From Vitrella brassicaformis CCMP3155 (lineage: Eukaryota; Protista; Chromerida), in the NCBI GenBank assembly GCA_001179505.1, contig CDMY01000369.1:33935-97934 (forward strand): DNA of 64,000 nt, written 5' to 3'. Each line of letters opens with the position of its first letter. The first letter of the stretch is position 1. The notes under the pieces were generated by a model, which had not been told where the DNA came from, ran no database searches, and was given only the letters and a program-made list of their open reading frames with translations. The translations under genes were made by a program, and so were the position numbers. Below are positions 10,593-23,600 of this stretch, one piece after another.

Positions 10593-10631
10593 CGAGGACC
10601 AAAGGAGGAGAGAGTAGACAAGCCTCACAAA

Positions 10632-13015
10632 ATGAAGTTCGGCAAGCGTATTCGCGAGGCCGCCCGCAAGTCGTCGGGCCATTACTACATCGACTACAAA
10701 TCACTCAAAAGACTCGTCAAGCGCATCAGGACAGCAGTCGAGTCAGAGCTGCTGACTCAGACGTGCGAAGCGCCGAGTGATCCGTCAGCCGCTATGCACC
10801 CGGAGGGAGGACACACGCTCAACGAAGCGTTCGAACAACAACTCGAGCTCGAGATTCAGAAGGTGACGAGGCAACACGCCAGTGATTCCTTTGATCACCC
10901 TCTTGTGCGTATGTTCAGGTGGAAGACGACTTCAGGAGGGCGCTGTCGGCTCTGCAGGCCCGCTATGACCGGCTGAAGGCCCGGCTGGACCAGCTGCACG
11001 CCGACAGCAACTGTCTTCCCCCGCACAACCACACCGGCAGCAGCAGCAGCAGCGACACAACAGCGCCGCCGCAGGCACAGCTGTCAACCGAGGTCGTTGG
11101 CGACTTCGATCAGTTCCTCAGCCTCCTCACGACCTCTGGCTACCCCCAGTGGTGTCTCGATCTTTTTGGCGAGATACGTGACTTGTCGCGGGCTTTCGAC
11201 CAGCTCAGGAAAGCCGTCGTGTGGAACAGCATCGCGGTTGCCAAGATCCTCAAGAAGCGGCGCAAGAACACCCCCTACGGCCACACGCGGCAGGCTTCCT
11301 ACTACCTCTTGACGCGCGAGTTCTACACCGGTCCGCAGCTGGCGGCCCTTGTGACGGGGCTAGACTGCATGGTAGAGGAGGTGATGCTGCTGGTGACCGG
11401 GAGACCAATCAACCGAGACAGCTATGAGTGCCCCATCTGCTATGAGACGCTCAAATCGCCTGTGGTTCTGCCATGTACGCACACAGAGAGGAGGGAACAG
11501 GGGATGGGATGACTGAAGTCGCGCATTCCCTGGTGTGTGTGTGTGTGTGTGTGTCAGGTTCGCACCGATTCTGCCTGCGGTGTCTGGCCAAGGCGGCGGA
11601 GAGCTTCGAGGCCTGCCCGCTGTGTCGGCGGTACATCGAGCCTGAGCTGGTGACCGTGGATGAGGGGCTCGAGCGGTTCGTCAAGAGGCACTTCCTCGCG
11701 CACACACACATACAGCTGCCACCGCCACGTACGCGACAGACAATCTGCAGAACACACACACTAGGAAACCATCACACACGCGGGCACACGCTTCTCTTAT
11801 CTGTTTCTCTCACCAGGTGCAGTACGCCAATCTGCCGCCACTCGAGCATTCGAGTCGATATCGTGGGTGCCGTCCTTCATCGTCATGGCGGTGGTGCGCG
11901 TTTTGTCCTTCATCATGGCTAGACTCCTCATCGCGCCGCTCACCGCACTCATCGCCATGCGCCCATGGCACCACCAGCAGCGACCAGCCGATATCGACCC
12001 AGCCAAGCAGGACAGAGGCGACGCCGAGACCGAGATCGGCCCTCCCGTGCGTCTGGCCGCCCACCGGCCCTCCCCTCTGACCCTGCCAAAGGCTGCGGTT
12101 GCCGATGGCGGCAATGAGCGTTTGGTGCGCGAGTGGCGCGTGGCCGAGAGCCCCTCACCCCCTCGCTACGCCCACCGCCACGACAACCGGACCGGCCAAC
12201 GAGTGTCCTGGAAGAGCGACGAGAACGAGCCCACCACGCCGCCCAGCTCCCATTCCCCGCCCATCCTCATCCACCGATGCACCAGTGGGCGTGAGGGTGG
12301 CGAGCCAACCTCGGCGAGGAGCGCCGATCCCCATGAGGGCGTGAGCAGCCCCAGCGAGAAGCTGCGGTGGTTTGTGAGCCGCCAGGGTCTCGAGAAGAGG
12401 GGGCTGCGGCGGTACCACACCAATCCTGAGTCGGCCAAGGTGCGTGTGCCGGAGGGTTTGGCGGCATCGGATGGGGGGGTGTCACCCAAGTATGTGTCGA
12501 GCGCTACGCCGCTGATGGAGGATAGCGCACAGGTACGTAGCTGCGACACACAGCACAGCACACGGACCACTGGTTAGTACTCATGGGTGGACACTCTTGT
12601 CTCTCTCTGTGCTGTGTGACGTGTGTGTGCAGCCATGGAGCCCCAGCACCCCGACAGAGCAGTCGCCTCGCCGGATGGTTCACCGGTCCGCCTGCCACCT
12701 CCTGCCTCCCACCCACCCCTCCGTCCACTCAGAAACGGACACCTACCACTCCTGTCTGTCGGCATCCCCGTCCATCCACTCCAACCATTCTCACCACCAC
12801 CATCAGCCGGCCATCATATCCTGTGTCAGCAGCGTCGCGTCGATGGACGGCGAGTGGCCGGAGGGGCTTCCGTGGCCGCCGGTGGAGGGCTGCGTCACGA
12901 GCGATCAGCAGTACGCCATCATCAAAAGGCTCAACTACATTCTCAGACATGGCGCGCCACACCTGGTGAGAGAGCGAACGCATGCTCCCGCCGACATCTA
13001 TCGGCATCATATGGG

Positions 13016-13047
<32 letters not shown>

Positions 13048-14122
13048 CAGGGATTGCCGATGCGCGAGGACGGGTACGTCCGTGTGTGTGAGCTGTTGGC
13101 TCTCGAGGAGATGCAGGGCGTCACCACGGAGATCATGCAGGAGGTGGTGAAGACCTGTCACAAGCGGCGGTACGAGGTGCGGGAGGACGCCCACGAAGGC
13201 CCGCTCATCCGCGCCACCCAGGGGCACACCATCCGGCAGCTGCGGACCGACAGGGCACTGCAGAAGATCATCTCACCGGAGGAAATACCCGTCTGTGTGC
13301 ACGGTGAGTGGAGTGAGTGAGCAAAGGGCGGCATACCAGGACATGCACGCACAGCAGAGCACAATGGGGTTGTGTGTGATCGCTTCGGTTGGTTCTCTGC
13401 TTCAGGCACGTACATGCGGAATTGGCTGGGTATCCGACTTCTGGGGCTGCACCGCATGAGCCGCAATCACATCCATTTCGCCCCCGGGTTGCTTGACGCC
13501 CGCGAGGTAATAAGCGGCATGCGTCGGTCGAGCGAGGTGGCCATCTACATCAACACACACCAGGCCATGCACGACGGCATCACCTTCTTCCGGTCATCCA
13601 ACAACGTCATTCTCACCGAGGGGCTGCAGGGCGCACTGCCGCCCAGATACTTCTCCACAGTCCGACAGCTGCAGGTACGCTGGCTGCAAACAACTAACTA
13701 AAGGAGTTGGGAGCGGGAGAGGGAGAGAGACCTCTGTGTGCTGTGCTGTCTGTGGTCTCTGTGTGTGTGTAGTGGGATGTGGACCTGTGGAGGGACGGCG
13801 TGGACCTGACTGAGCAGTACCTCGATCGCTTGTCGGGTGATGGTGGTGGGGTGCAGCCCCATGACGGCGGCCACGGCCACGGCCTGCCTGCCTCGCTGCC
13901 ACCGGCCGAGGAGGTGTTTGTGAGCCAGCTCAAGCAGGAGGTGGAGTCGGTGCACTCCAGCCCTTTCAACCCGGGATTCATCGCGGTCAGTCAGTCAGTG
14001 CAGAAAGGACCGATTGATTACGTGTGTTTGTTGTGTCTTTGTTTGTTGGTGTGCGCCATCAGGTTGTGAACAGTTCGTTGGCAAAGGAGGTGGACGAGCT
14101 GGTGCCGCTGGACGATGACTGA
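10632..14122 (+). CDS. SPX domain - C3HC4 RING - hydrophobic segment - linker - Tpt1/KptA RNA 2'-phosphotransferase fusion, 933 aa (exons 10632-10862, 10919-11474, 11558-11728, 11817-12532, 12633-12965, 13051-13303, 13406-13674, 13773-13985, 14063-14122)
   Basis: SPX: MKFGKRI..YIDYKSLKR and NSIAVAKILKK. RING: CPIC..PCSHRFCLRC..CPLC. Tpt1: LNYILRHGA, DGYV, KRRY, IRATQGHT, CVHGT, SRNHIH, SSNNVILTEG. All 8 introns are GT-AG and phase-compatible; exon lengths total 2802 nt. Domain calls are high confidence, while the fusion itself rests on splicing inference. Confidence 0.8.
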
Positions 14123-15676
14123 TTGCATTGCGTGGCAGACAGGACAGACAGACAGACAGACAGATGGACCGCGACCGGGCGAGGGCCCACTCGTTTCAGT
14201 CCACTGCACTGTGTACGTGTAGACAGGCAAGACAGACAGACAGACAGACAGGTTGGTTAGTTGGTTGACGGGCTATTTGGGCCGTCCTGTGGTCACTTGG
14301 TTCTTGCTAGCTGCTGATACTTACACCTACCGTCCGCACGTTCTCCAATCGCGCTCACGTCGCCATCCAAGTGCTGCGTCGTCGCCATCTCGCGTCGCTG
14401 CGGTGCTTGGATGCGGGTGTTACCGCTCTTGGAGGTGTGCGTGGTGCTTGGACAGCAGAGGCTGGTTGTCGTGTCTGTCGATCGGTGGCTGTCTGTCTGT
14501 TTTCCGTAGTAGGTGCTGTGGCTGGCTATTTTTGTCGTGAAACACTCATGCCATCCTTGGATGATGTGTATGTGTATATGTATGTGTATTGCTGGCCGAC
14601 AGGCTGGCTGGCTGGCTGACTACCCATTTGCTCAAAACGCTACTCGCTCTCTCCTTCCCTGCCTCCCTGCCTCCCTGCCTGCAGAAATACCTGACAGGTA
14701 TCTAACGAAGGCGCGATAGTCAACAGACATGGACGCTTTTGCCTTTCTCGCTATAGGGATGTTCCCTCTGGGGTGGTTTTCTGACTCGCCGACAGACGCA
14801 CAGACAGAGAGACAGACAGACAGACAGACAGGCACTGTTTGAACCAACCATTTGAGTGTACGATCGCGACCGGATGGATGGATGGGTGGGTGGGTGGGTG
14901 ACACGCATTAATGAGGGTATTTTTCTTGCCTTCTCTTCTTGTTGTTGTTTGTGTGGCCGTCGAGCTGCGACGCCTGTTGGCTGTATTGTATAGAAACAAG
15001 CAATCGGATCGAATCTGTTTTGCCCATATGTACGTATATACCTACTTGCTCATGCTTTACACACATGTACACCCATTATATATTATCCTATCGGTTTTGC
15101 TCTGTCTACCTGTCTGTCCGTCTCTCTCTCTCAACACTAACACTGACTGCATGGCGAGAGCCGAGCGAGTAGTGAGTGATTGAGCGACCATGTCACGTTG
15201 TCAATTCATCCTACCATCCTCTCCTCCCACCGCACCCTTCAGTGCATCCATGAGTGTACTATAGGCCACCAACCATCCATCCATCCAGACAGACAGACAG
15301 ACAGACCCGACAGAGAGAGAAAGGAGACATACTACACACAAGTACTTGCTTGCTGACCTGCAGCCTTACTGTCATCCATCCCATCATGTGTGTCGGTTTT
15401 GTTTATGGTGCGTGCACTTGGCTGACGAAGGATTGGTCCCATGTTTCCTAACGTGACATGACAGTGTGGCGTTCGGGCAGGAGTTCCGTTAAACCTCGGC
15501 TCGAGGAGTCAGAGAGGAGCGCAGGTTCCTCCGCAACGAAGCAGCTTGAAGGGCCGGTTGCACTCGACATCAGCCACCGACGCATCGTCACTCAGTGGAT
15601 CGTCACTGCTGCGCCAGTGCTTCGTCACTCTCCCAGAATCCGAGCGGATCTGTCACATGCATCAATCTTTCCGAGA

Positions 15677-17063
15677 ATGAGCACATCCCGGGCTTTTGTC
15701 AGCCTCTTGCTGATCTTGCCGCTGACGGCTCTCGCCTTCCGCTTGCCCCGTCCCATCGCCAAGCGATTGTCGCACTCCTCCCGCCCTCCCACAAGACAGC
15801 CTCTCGCACAAGAAACGGCCACTCCCACAGCAAACGACGATGTGCAGTCTCTCAAGAAGCCGCCTGACATCGGCAGGCACAGTGCTTGGACGTATTCGGA
15901 AGGCAGTCATTCCGGCGCGTCTCGTGAGGGCCATCAGCCACTTGGACAAGGACGAGACGTCATATCAGAATCAGGTGCTGGAAATGTCTCGGGTATTGGA
16001 CTCCTTCACCTTTTGCGAACTCAGCAACGACTACGACTTCTACGCTGGGTCCATACTCGCGGCCTTCGTCGGACAGGCGATGTGGAGCAGCGGCTGGGAG
16101 GAAGGCTGGACTTGCATGTGAGTGNNNNNNNNNNNNNNNNNNNNNNNNNNNNNNNNNNNNNNNNNNNNNNNNNNNNNNNNNNNNNNNNNNNNNNNNNNNN
16201 NNNNNNNNNNNNNNNNNNNNNNNNNNNNNNNNNNNNNNNNNNNNNNNNNNNNNNNNNNNNNNNNNNNNNNNNNNNNNNNNNNNNNNNNNNNNNNNNNNNN
16301 NNNNNNNNNNNNNNNNNNNNNNNNNNNNNNNNNNNNNNNNNNNNNNNNNNNNNNNNNNNNNNNNNNNNNNNNNNNNNNNNNNNNNNNNNNNNNNNNNNNN
16401 NNNNNNNNNNNNNNNNNNNNNNNNAGTGGGTGGGTGGGTGGGTGGGTGGGAGGATGGGTGGGCGTGACACACGGACAGTACCTGCCTGTGCGTGTGTTTG
16501 TGTACGAATGTTTGTGTGTGTGTTTCAGACGCACCGAAGAGGAAGGCGTGCAGCAGCAGATTGAAGCCTTGGGAAAGATCGTTAGCGAGAGACCTCTCAA
16601 TCGGGTGAGTGCGGGGAGAGAGAGAAACGCACTGACTGGCAATGATGCTTCCTTCATTGGTTGGTGATCCGTCCGGTATGTGCGCTCGTGCGTGCGTGTG
16701 TGTGTGTGTGTGTGCAGTTGGTCGACCACAAGCTGCGTGTGATGGTTGACGCACACAAGCAGTGCTGCAAAGACGACCGAACGTTCACCGAATTCTACAC
16801 AGAAATGGTTCAGGAGCTGTGTTACAAACGTACGAACAAACGAACGGGCTCGATAGATCCACATGTCGATCTTAAGATGCGCGTCATCTCTCTCTCTCTC
16901 TCCCCGTGTGTGTTGGCCTTCCTGGTCGGATGCATCAGCTGAGCACAGGTTGATGACACTCGTGGGATCCCCGATCTGTCTCACCATGCCACAAGACGAT
17001 TTCTGCTGTGCCATGGTCACTGAGCAACACACACACACACGCACACACACACTCTCACACACA

Positions 17064-17094
<31 letters not shown>

Positions 17095-17231
17095 CAGTGC
17101 GTGTGTGTGGCGTGCAGGATGTCATCTGTGGGTCGCTCGGTTGGGGGACATGGCGAAAGAAGCTCACGGACGAAGAGCGTCAGGCCATCTACAAGGCGGC
17201 TGGCGCTTCAGGAGCTGGGGTGGTCGGTTGA
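15677..17231 (+). CDS. Hypothetical protein with signal peptide plus transit-like leader (possibly plastid); spans an assembly gap
   Basis: MSTSRAFVSLLLILPLTALAFRLPRP leader. Protein-like exons (DFYAGSILAAFVGQAMW; LVDHKLRVMVDAHK; GTWRKKLTDEERQAIYKAAG) are bounded by intron-like microsatellite tracts. The frame junction near 15770-15850 is unresolved. Confidence 0.5.
16125..16424. other. Assembly gap (300 N placeholder)
   Basis: N run next to a (GGGT)n tract. Confidence 0.98.
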
Positions 17232-17643
17232 GAATGGGGCGTGGAAGTTTTAGAAACAGCCTCCGTGATCCAGACGGCCATGACGACGTCAGACAGGCAG
17301 GGAGATCGTATGGTGTGCAGTTTACTTCGTAGTGGCCTGCGGCTTTTTGGGTTGTGCCCATGGGATGCGGCCGATGCTGACTGTAGAGTGACTGCACAAT
17401 AGCTACGGGGAGGGACTGTGAGTCCGATTTGTACAGTGTGTGTATAGCTAGGGAACGGACGGCAACAAAGGTGATCTTTGCATCCCCCGCGTAAGAGAGT
17501 GAGTGACATGCAAAGCAAAGCCTGCCGGCAAAAGTGACCCTGACACACACCGATCGACCAGCAGATACCACACCCCCATCGCCAGCAGCAACCAACCCAC
17601 AGAAGTGGCAACCAACACCCCCATACCCACCAGCAAAGCCGCA

Positions 17644-20466
17644 TCAGTGTCGCTTCAGCCGCCTCTTCTGCGCCGAGTGTCTATGCCCCAGCAGCAGTTG
17701 TATCTGAGTCGCCGTCGGGTCGGGCATCATCTCATCGTAATGCGAGTGCTCCTCACTCCCCCGGCTGCCCCGGCTCTGAGCCACGCTATGCCACTCGTGC
17801 ATGGCAATGCTCTGCCGACGCCTCTGCTGCGGATAACCCACCCCCACTGTCACAGCACCAGGTGGCAGCGGCGGTCTCGCGGGCGGCATAACGTAGTGGG
17901 GGTGGGGAAAAGGCTGGTGGGGATAAGGGTAAGGGTGGCCACTGGTAGTACTAGGCGGATAGACATTATCCGGCCTCCCCCTCCCCCCACCGCCCCCGAT
18001 GCTGCTCGATGAAGATGGCAGGTTCAGGGGTGGCACCAGAGGCCTGGCCCTCTCTGATGGGCCGAGGTGAGGGGTCCGCAGGACAACCGGCCGCAGCTGG
18101 GGCGACAAATCAGCGTTGTCCAGGATGACCGAGCCCATCTTGCTGATCTCCCCCAGGAGCCGCTTCCGCCCCTCTGAGAAGGAAGGGGAAGCGGCGGTCG
18201 CGCGAATGACCAGAGGGGAGCCGCCGGCCAGGCCCTCTCCTTCCTCTGCCTCTCCGAAGATGGGTGTGGGCTGCGGGTGGGGGGATGTGGGTGGAGACGA
18301 GAAGGAGCTTCTTGCAGCGTCATCAGCAGCAGCGTCGGAATCGGCATCCGGTGGTGGTAGTGATGGTAATGGTCCTCCTCTAGAGCTTGACGCAAGAGAG
18401 CTTCTCCTGCTGCGTGTGGAGTAGTGCATCGAGCTCCTGGGCGTGAAATGCGCGGGAGTCAGGCACGACAGGCAGCTGCTCTGCCGCTGCGCATCCCGCG
18501 GCCGCAGGCTCTTCGGAGAAAGAACAGCCGAGGGCCGCGCCGAACCCGCCGCACCCATGCTGTCGACGTCCTCTCCCCCTGGCTCTTGTTCGTCTCCTTC
18601 CCTTTCGGACAAGCTGCCTGTAGATGACCGCCTCCTCTGGTAGCCCATCATCAGATCCGATGCGCGTCGGTTCTCAAATTGGTGGTCTTTGGCTAAGGGG
18701 GATGGGGCGCGGAATGTGGGGAAGGCACTTGCTCGTCGCTGCTGCTCGGCGGTGGGTGTGGGTGGCGCGCTCACTTCGATTTGGTTTGTCGGCTGCCGGC
18801 TGATGACACAGCTGACTGGGAATGTGCGCGTGTTGAGACCGAAGGAGACGTCAGACGCGTCGAGACACTCAACCAAGGCCAGGTGCACCTGACAAAAAAA
18901 AGCCGTGTCTCTCTCTCTTTATGACCTGTCTCTCTCGCCTAATCTACCTTGTGCAGACACCATCTGAAGAAGAGGTCCTCGTGGCCACAGATGTAGAAGA
19001 CCACCTCGTACCGATAAAAGTACTCCTCAATCTCCATCAGCCACACACCAGCGCACTCCGCCACCTCCTGCACGGACTCGACAGCCACTCGGCATGATGT
19101 GGGGATGCGTCGCAGCTGGGAGAGGGGCGTAGACAGGGCCACACGCAGATCAACCTGAATCCGGCGCTTCCGGCAGTCGGTGAAGCTCTGGATGCCGCAA
19201 CGCCACACCTCTGAGTTTGGGACGATGAGCAATTGCCCTGCAGGATGGGGAACAGTGGTCAAGAGGGATTTTTGCCTCTGTGTCTCTGTGTGTATGTGTG
19301 GTGTCCTGTCCAGGGGACCTTCATTGATCAGACGCACACGTGTGCTGCGGATGCCGATGTGCTCCACGATGCCGCACTGTGCCTGCGGCCTGCCCCCGCC
19401 CGACTCATTGTTGATGTTGATGGCTATCTTATCGCCCACGGCAAACCACCGGTCACCCACCACACTCAGTGTCGCAAAGATGTCTCCTATCACGTTCTGG
19501 CTCGCAATGCCCACTGTCAGGCCTGTGAGACCGAGACCGCCAAGCAAGTACGAGATATTGAAGCCCTGCGATACACGCCCACTTAGAATGGCAGAAAGCA
19601 ATGGAGGACATTCATTGTGTTGGTACCGACCAGGCGGACAAGGGCGAACAGGCCAAATAGAAGCCACAGGAAGAACCGAAGAAAGACCCCAACAAATTGA
19701 AATCCCGGCGACTCCTTCCTGTTGCTTTCAGAGTCTGTGTTGTCCTCCCCCTGTGAAATGCCGGAGCCCCTCCCCATGCCCGCCTCCTGCAGCTGCTCCA
19801 TGATCTCATTGGCAGCCCTGCTCAACGGAGACACCAACTGATACCCTGCGGCGTACACAGAAACGTGGCAAAGGGCCGTGAGGTAGTTGCAGACGTGGCC
19901 ATATACCTATGAGAATCGACAGCACAGCAGCGAGCTGTGACGCCAGTTGCGGCTCTCGGACGACCAGCAGCGATGGCAGCAGCAGACACACCACATACTC
20001 GAAAACCGACAGCTTTTCCACCCGTTTGGCTGTGGAAGGTCTGCTCACTCCACTCATCCATTTGGCCTGCAGATACTCTCTCGCCGGCACTGACTTGACA
20101 TCACCAAGGGCTTCCCCAGCCCGTGACCGGCGCATCATTGTTGTGGACAGGGCGCCCCTGCGCCCCGAGGAAAAAGAGGGGGGCAGAAGGGCCCACGGAA
20201 AAAACACCCCAAACACACGGGCAAAAGCCGCGTCTTGGCTTTTGCCGAGCTGCTGCCCCAACACACACAGCAACCGCCGACATCTGAAGCACCCACACAC
20301 AATGGGATGGAGCCTTTTGGCGCGGAGTGACTGTTTGCATATGTTTGGTTGCTCACTGTTGCCAGAGTTTCACGCAGAAGAAGACACTGATGACGTACAC
20401 GATGAAGTCGATGTGGGAGTGGGAGGCGAGGCTGTTGAGGCCACGGATGAGGTGCTGGAGCGGCAT
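17644..20466 (-). CDS. MscS-family mechanosensitive ion channel with long Ser/Pro-rich C-terminal tail
   Basis: LLGGLGLTGLTVGIASQNVIGDIFATLSVVGDRWFAVGDKI, GIVEHIGIRSTRVR and LIVPNS are MscS TM3 and beta-domain motifs. The start is approximate. Confidence 0.85.
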
Positions 20467-20660
20467 CTTCTAGCCTAAGCAGGTGAGTCACGAGCGATTC
20501 GGCGTATGCCGACACGGTGATCTGAAGATTCTGAGTGAATCCACAGCAGCTGCATCGATGCTTGCGCGAAGGGGTTCGCTGAACTCGGCTTACGAGTACA
20601 GACTGGGGGCCATCAAGATGGGGGCTGGCCGATCCGATCTGCCAACGATCTTCGTTACCG

Positions 20661-23600
20661 ATGGAGGAGCTTGTCAAAAACATTCAGCGCGGCCAACGGC
20701 TCCAGAGTGTGGGCAACCATCTGATTTTCGTTGCGGGGGACAAGATCGGCCCGGAAGAGAAGGAAGAACTGAAGCGACATCTCAAGACCCAGCTCACAGA
20801 CATCGTCAGCACTCCAGCGGCCCATGCTGTCCTACTGTCGGGTCCAGAGGGGAGCGGAAAGTCGTATCTGAGCCGTACCGTCGCACAGATACTCGCCGGC
20901 GATGATTTTGCCGCGAAGGATGCCGGGGGCTCGTCTTCTTCATTCAGTCAGCGCATTTCAGCCTGCCTCTACATACTCGGTGAGGTGAAAAAGGCATATT
21001 CTTCACGGCATGCAACGGCATCTGTGTTATGCAGATTTTCTTGGATCCACGTGTCATTCGACGCCTAGTGGCGACTGTTTTTATCGGTCATCGTTCGGCC
21101 ATCTCTGTCGCTTCTATGTTGACGCGGCGGGCAAAGTCACTGGAGCAGACCTTCGGACGTACCTGCTGCACGTCCCACGCGACTTCAACCTTCGAGTATT
21201 CCATGCGCTGCTCCACACTACAAGACATACACCAGCCGACAACCCGCTGAGGATGCGTGACAACTCACATTACAGGCTTCCCGACGAGCCGTCCAGTTCA
21301 GAAGAGAAAGAGACGTCATGGGCCCTCTTCGAGCAGAGTCTTACCGTCCTGGGCTTCTCGTCAACGATTCGGGCGGCACTTCTCTCCATTCTGTCGGCCA
21401 TCTTTCTTCTCGGCTGTTCCCATCGTGTTGACGGCAGCGTTATGGATGATGTCCTGCATCTGCTGGGCATGGCAGTGGCAGAGGGGAGAGATCTCTTTGT
21501 AAGACTGTACGGCGAAGACGCTGATGGCAACCTGGGCGGCTTCAAGCATCCTTTCGACTTCCATTCGCCAGCCACGATTGCTCGCCATCTTTATCGGCGG
21601 CTCTTCCAATGGGTGACGAGCCAGACGAATTACGTGCTCAAGGATACGACGCCGCCACATGTCGGCACATTGCTGGTAGTGGTGCCGCCCGGTTGGGAAG
21701 AGGGAGGGGAAGATGGGAAAGAAGCGGAACATGAAGACTTCTGCGAGTTCCGAAGGCTGATGGTCTTTTGTCTGTGGGAGAGACTGCTCCATTACTCTAG
21801 GCGACTCGTCCTGGGCCCGCCGCCATGCGTCTTTCAGGTGCGTTACAATGTAAGTGAATGGAAGGCCTGGCAGTCTATTCTGCGTCTCTCTGGACCCGTG
21901 CATTCAGCGTGGGCTTTTATCCTATTCGGGAACCCTCTTACAACTCTTCTCCAGTCCGCATGGTCTCCTCCCCTCTCTGCATCACTTTGCGTCCGAGGCT
22001 TTGCTACAAAGCCTGGACGCGCAGCTCAGGCCCTCACAACCCATGGCTCTCTCCGCATCCTCGCTCATCACCGAGATAGCCGCTGGCATCAAGGACGGCC
22101 AGCGGACACTTCGGGCAGACGGGCCCACAATTGAGTGGCCGCGGACAACGAAGGCCTCGGACGCTTCGTTCGTTGTGCCGCATTCCAGGTATCAGTTCAA
22201 GAATGGGTCGTATCACTACCAGCTCAAGAAGCTTGTGGCGCCGATCAATGAGGGCGTCCCTTTGTGTGTCGCCGCCCTGTTGTCTTCGTCCTCGAATCCT
22301 GTGATACAACAGCTGTTTGCCCCGCGAAAAAGAGCCCCGTCGTCCCCGTTTCATCACGTCTCCCACATTACCGGCCGTGAGCGAGTCAGAGGTGAGCCCA
22401 GCTCCCTGCTGGCTCTCATGGAGAGCCAGATGTCTCACATCATCGGCCAGCTGCAGCTCTCTGGACCGTCCCTGTCCCTCATCTTCTGTCTCCCACCACA
22501 AGGAGATGCGGGAGGAGACATCATCTCGATGTGCGAGAAGCTAGGCATTCCGGCCATCGTACAGCACCAGCAGACCGACCTGCCCATCCCTTGTCGAGCG
22601 AGACACTTCCATCACATGTATGCCTTCCTATTTGATAACGAAGCTATCAACTCCCTCCCACCATCAATGCGGCTCCTGACCGACACGGGTCCAGGGGATG
22701 GCAGTGTCGATCGCCTGCTCGAGCTGGGATATCGTCGACGGCTGTTGCCAAGGGACATTGATACCGCCCTGGGCGTTGTTGTGAGTGACCCACGTGGGCA
22801 TGTAGTGTGCGTCAGCGCCGAGAAGGGAGACGAGCCTATTCCTTTTATGTCGTGGGTGAGAAAACACAAAAGGCTGCTTGGTCTCTCTTTCCATGTCATT
22901 TCTTTGCAGGCCCTCCGATCGCATCTTGGACGGCTGCGGTCATATTTGACCGAGCATGAAGTGCCGATCCATAGGGTAGCAGAGCCGCTCGCGCAGGAGC
23001 ACGCCACCTACAGCTCATCTCTCGGCATAGGCACACTCGAGAAGCGGAAAGACGGCCACAAGCACACTTTGTCACTCGCTGGCGAGGGGCCACCCGCATC
23101 GTCCAATCTGACATCTGGTGAGAAGATGGTCAAGAGAAGCATCCATTGACGTCGCTCATGTCTTTCAGTCGGCAGCAGCAACGAGGCTCTGGGGAGAGGA
23201 GTGCGGCTGCACATGACAGTGAGACGAGGGACAACCGACTCCACAATCGACATGCTGATCAGTCAAAGCACACTGAGAGGCGTCAGCAGGTCACGGCTCC
23301 ACGTGCAGGTGAGCGAGTTTGTTGAGTAGCTCTGTTGCTGCATCGGTCTATCCCTTTGTCTGCAGGAAATACCAGCACCCTCCGAAGCGCCCTACATGCA
23401 GCTCTGTCTCGACGTCCATCCACCCAGTAAGATCGACAGAGACAACGCGCCGCTTCTCTGCCCGTCCAGCGTCGAGATAGCCCTGGAGTTTCGACGACTG
23501 ATCAACACACACCTTGCTGATTGTCACCTCAATGACATGGGTACGGTAGGGGGACACAGAAAGAGAGACATTCCGACCGACCGAATGTGTCCCTTCTTCA

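Noticed and set aside
10288-10704. Minus-strand ORFs between LTR3 and the SPX gene as an interrupted coding gene
   Set aside because: No AUG-initiated spliced frame with a recognisable product could be built; this is more likely 5'-UTR/promoter sequence.
14365-14412. Possible 14-bp hairpin (ATCCAAGTGCTGCG...TGCGGTGCTTGGAT) downstream of the SPX fusion gene
   Set aside because: Four of the 14 pairs are G-U in GC-rich DNA, and there are no SECIS, snoRNA or tRNA signature motifs; compatible with chance.
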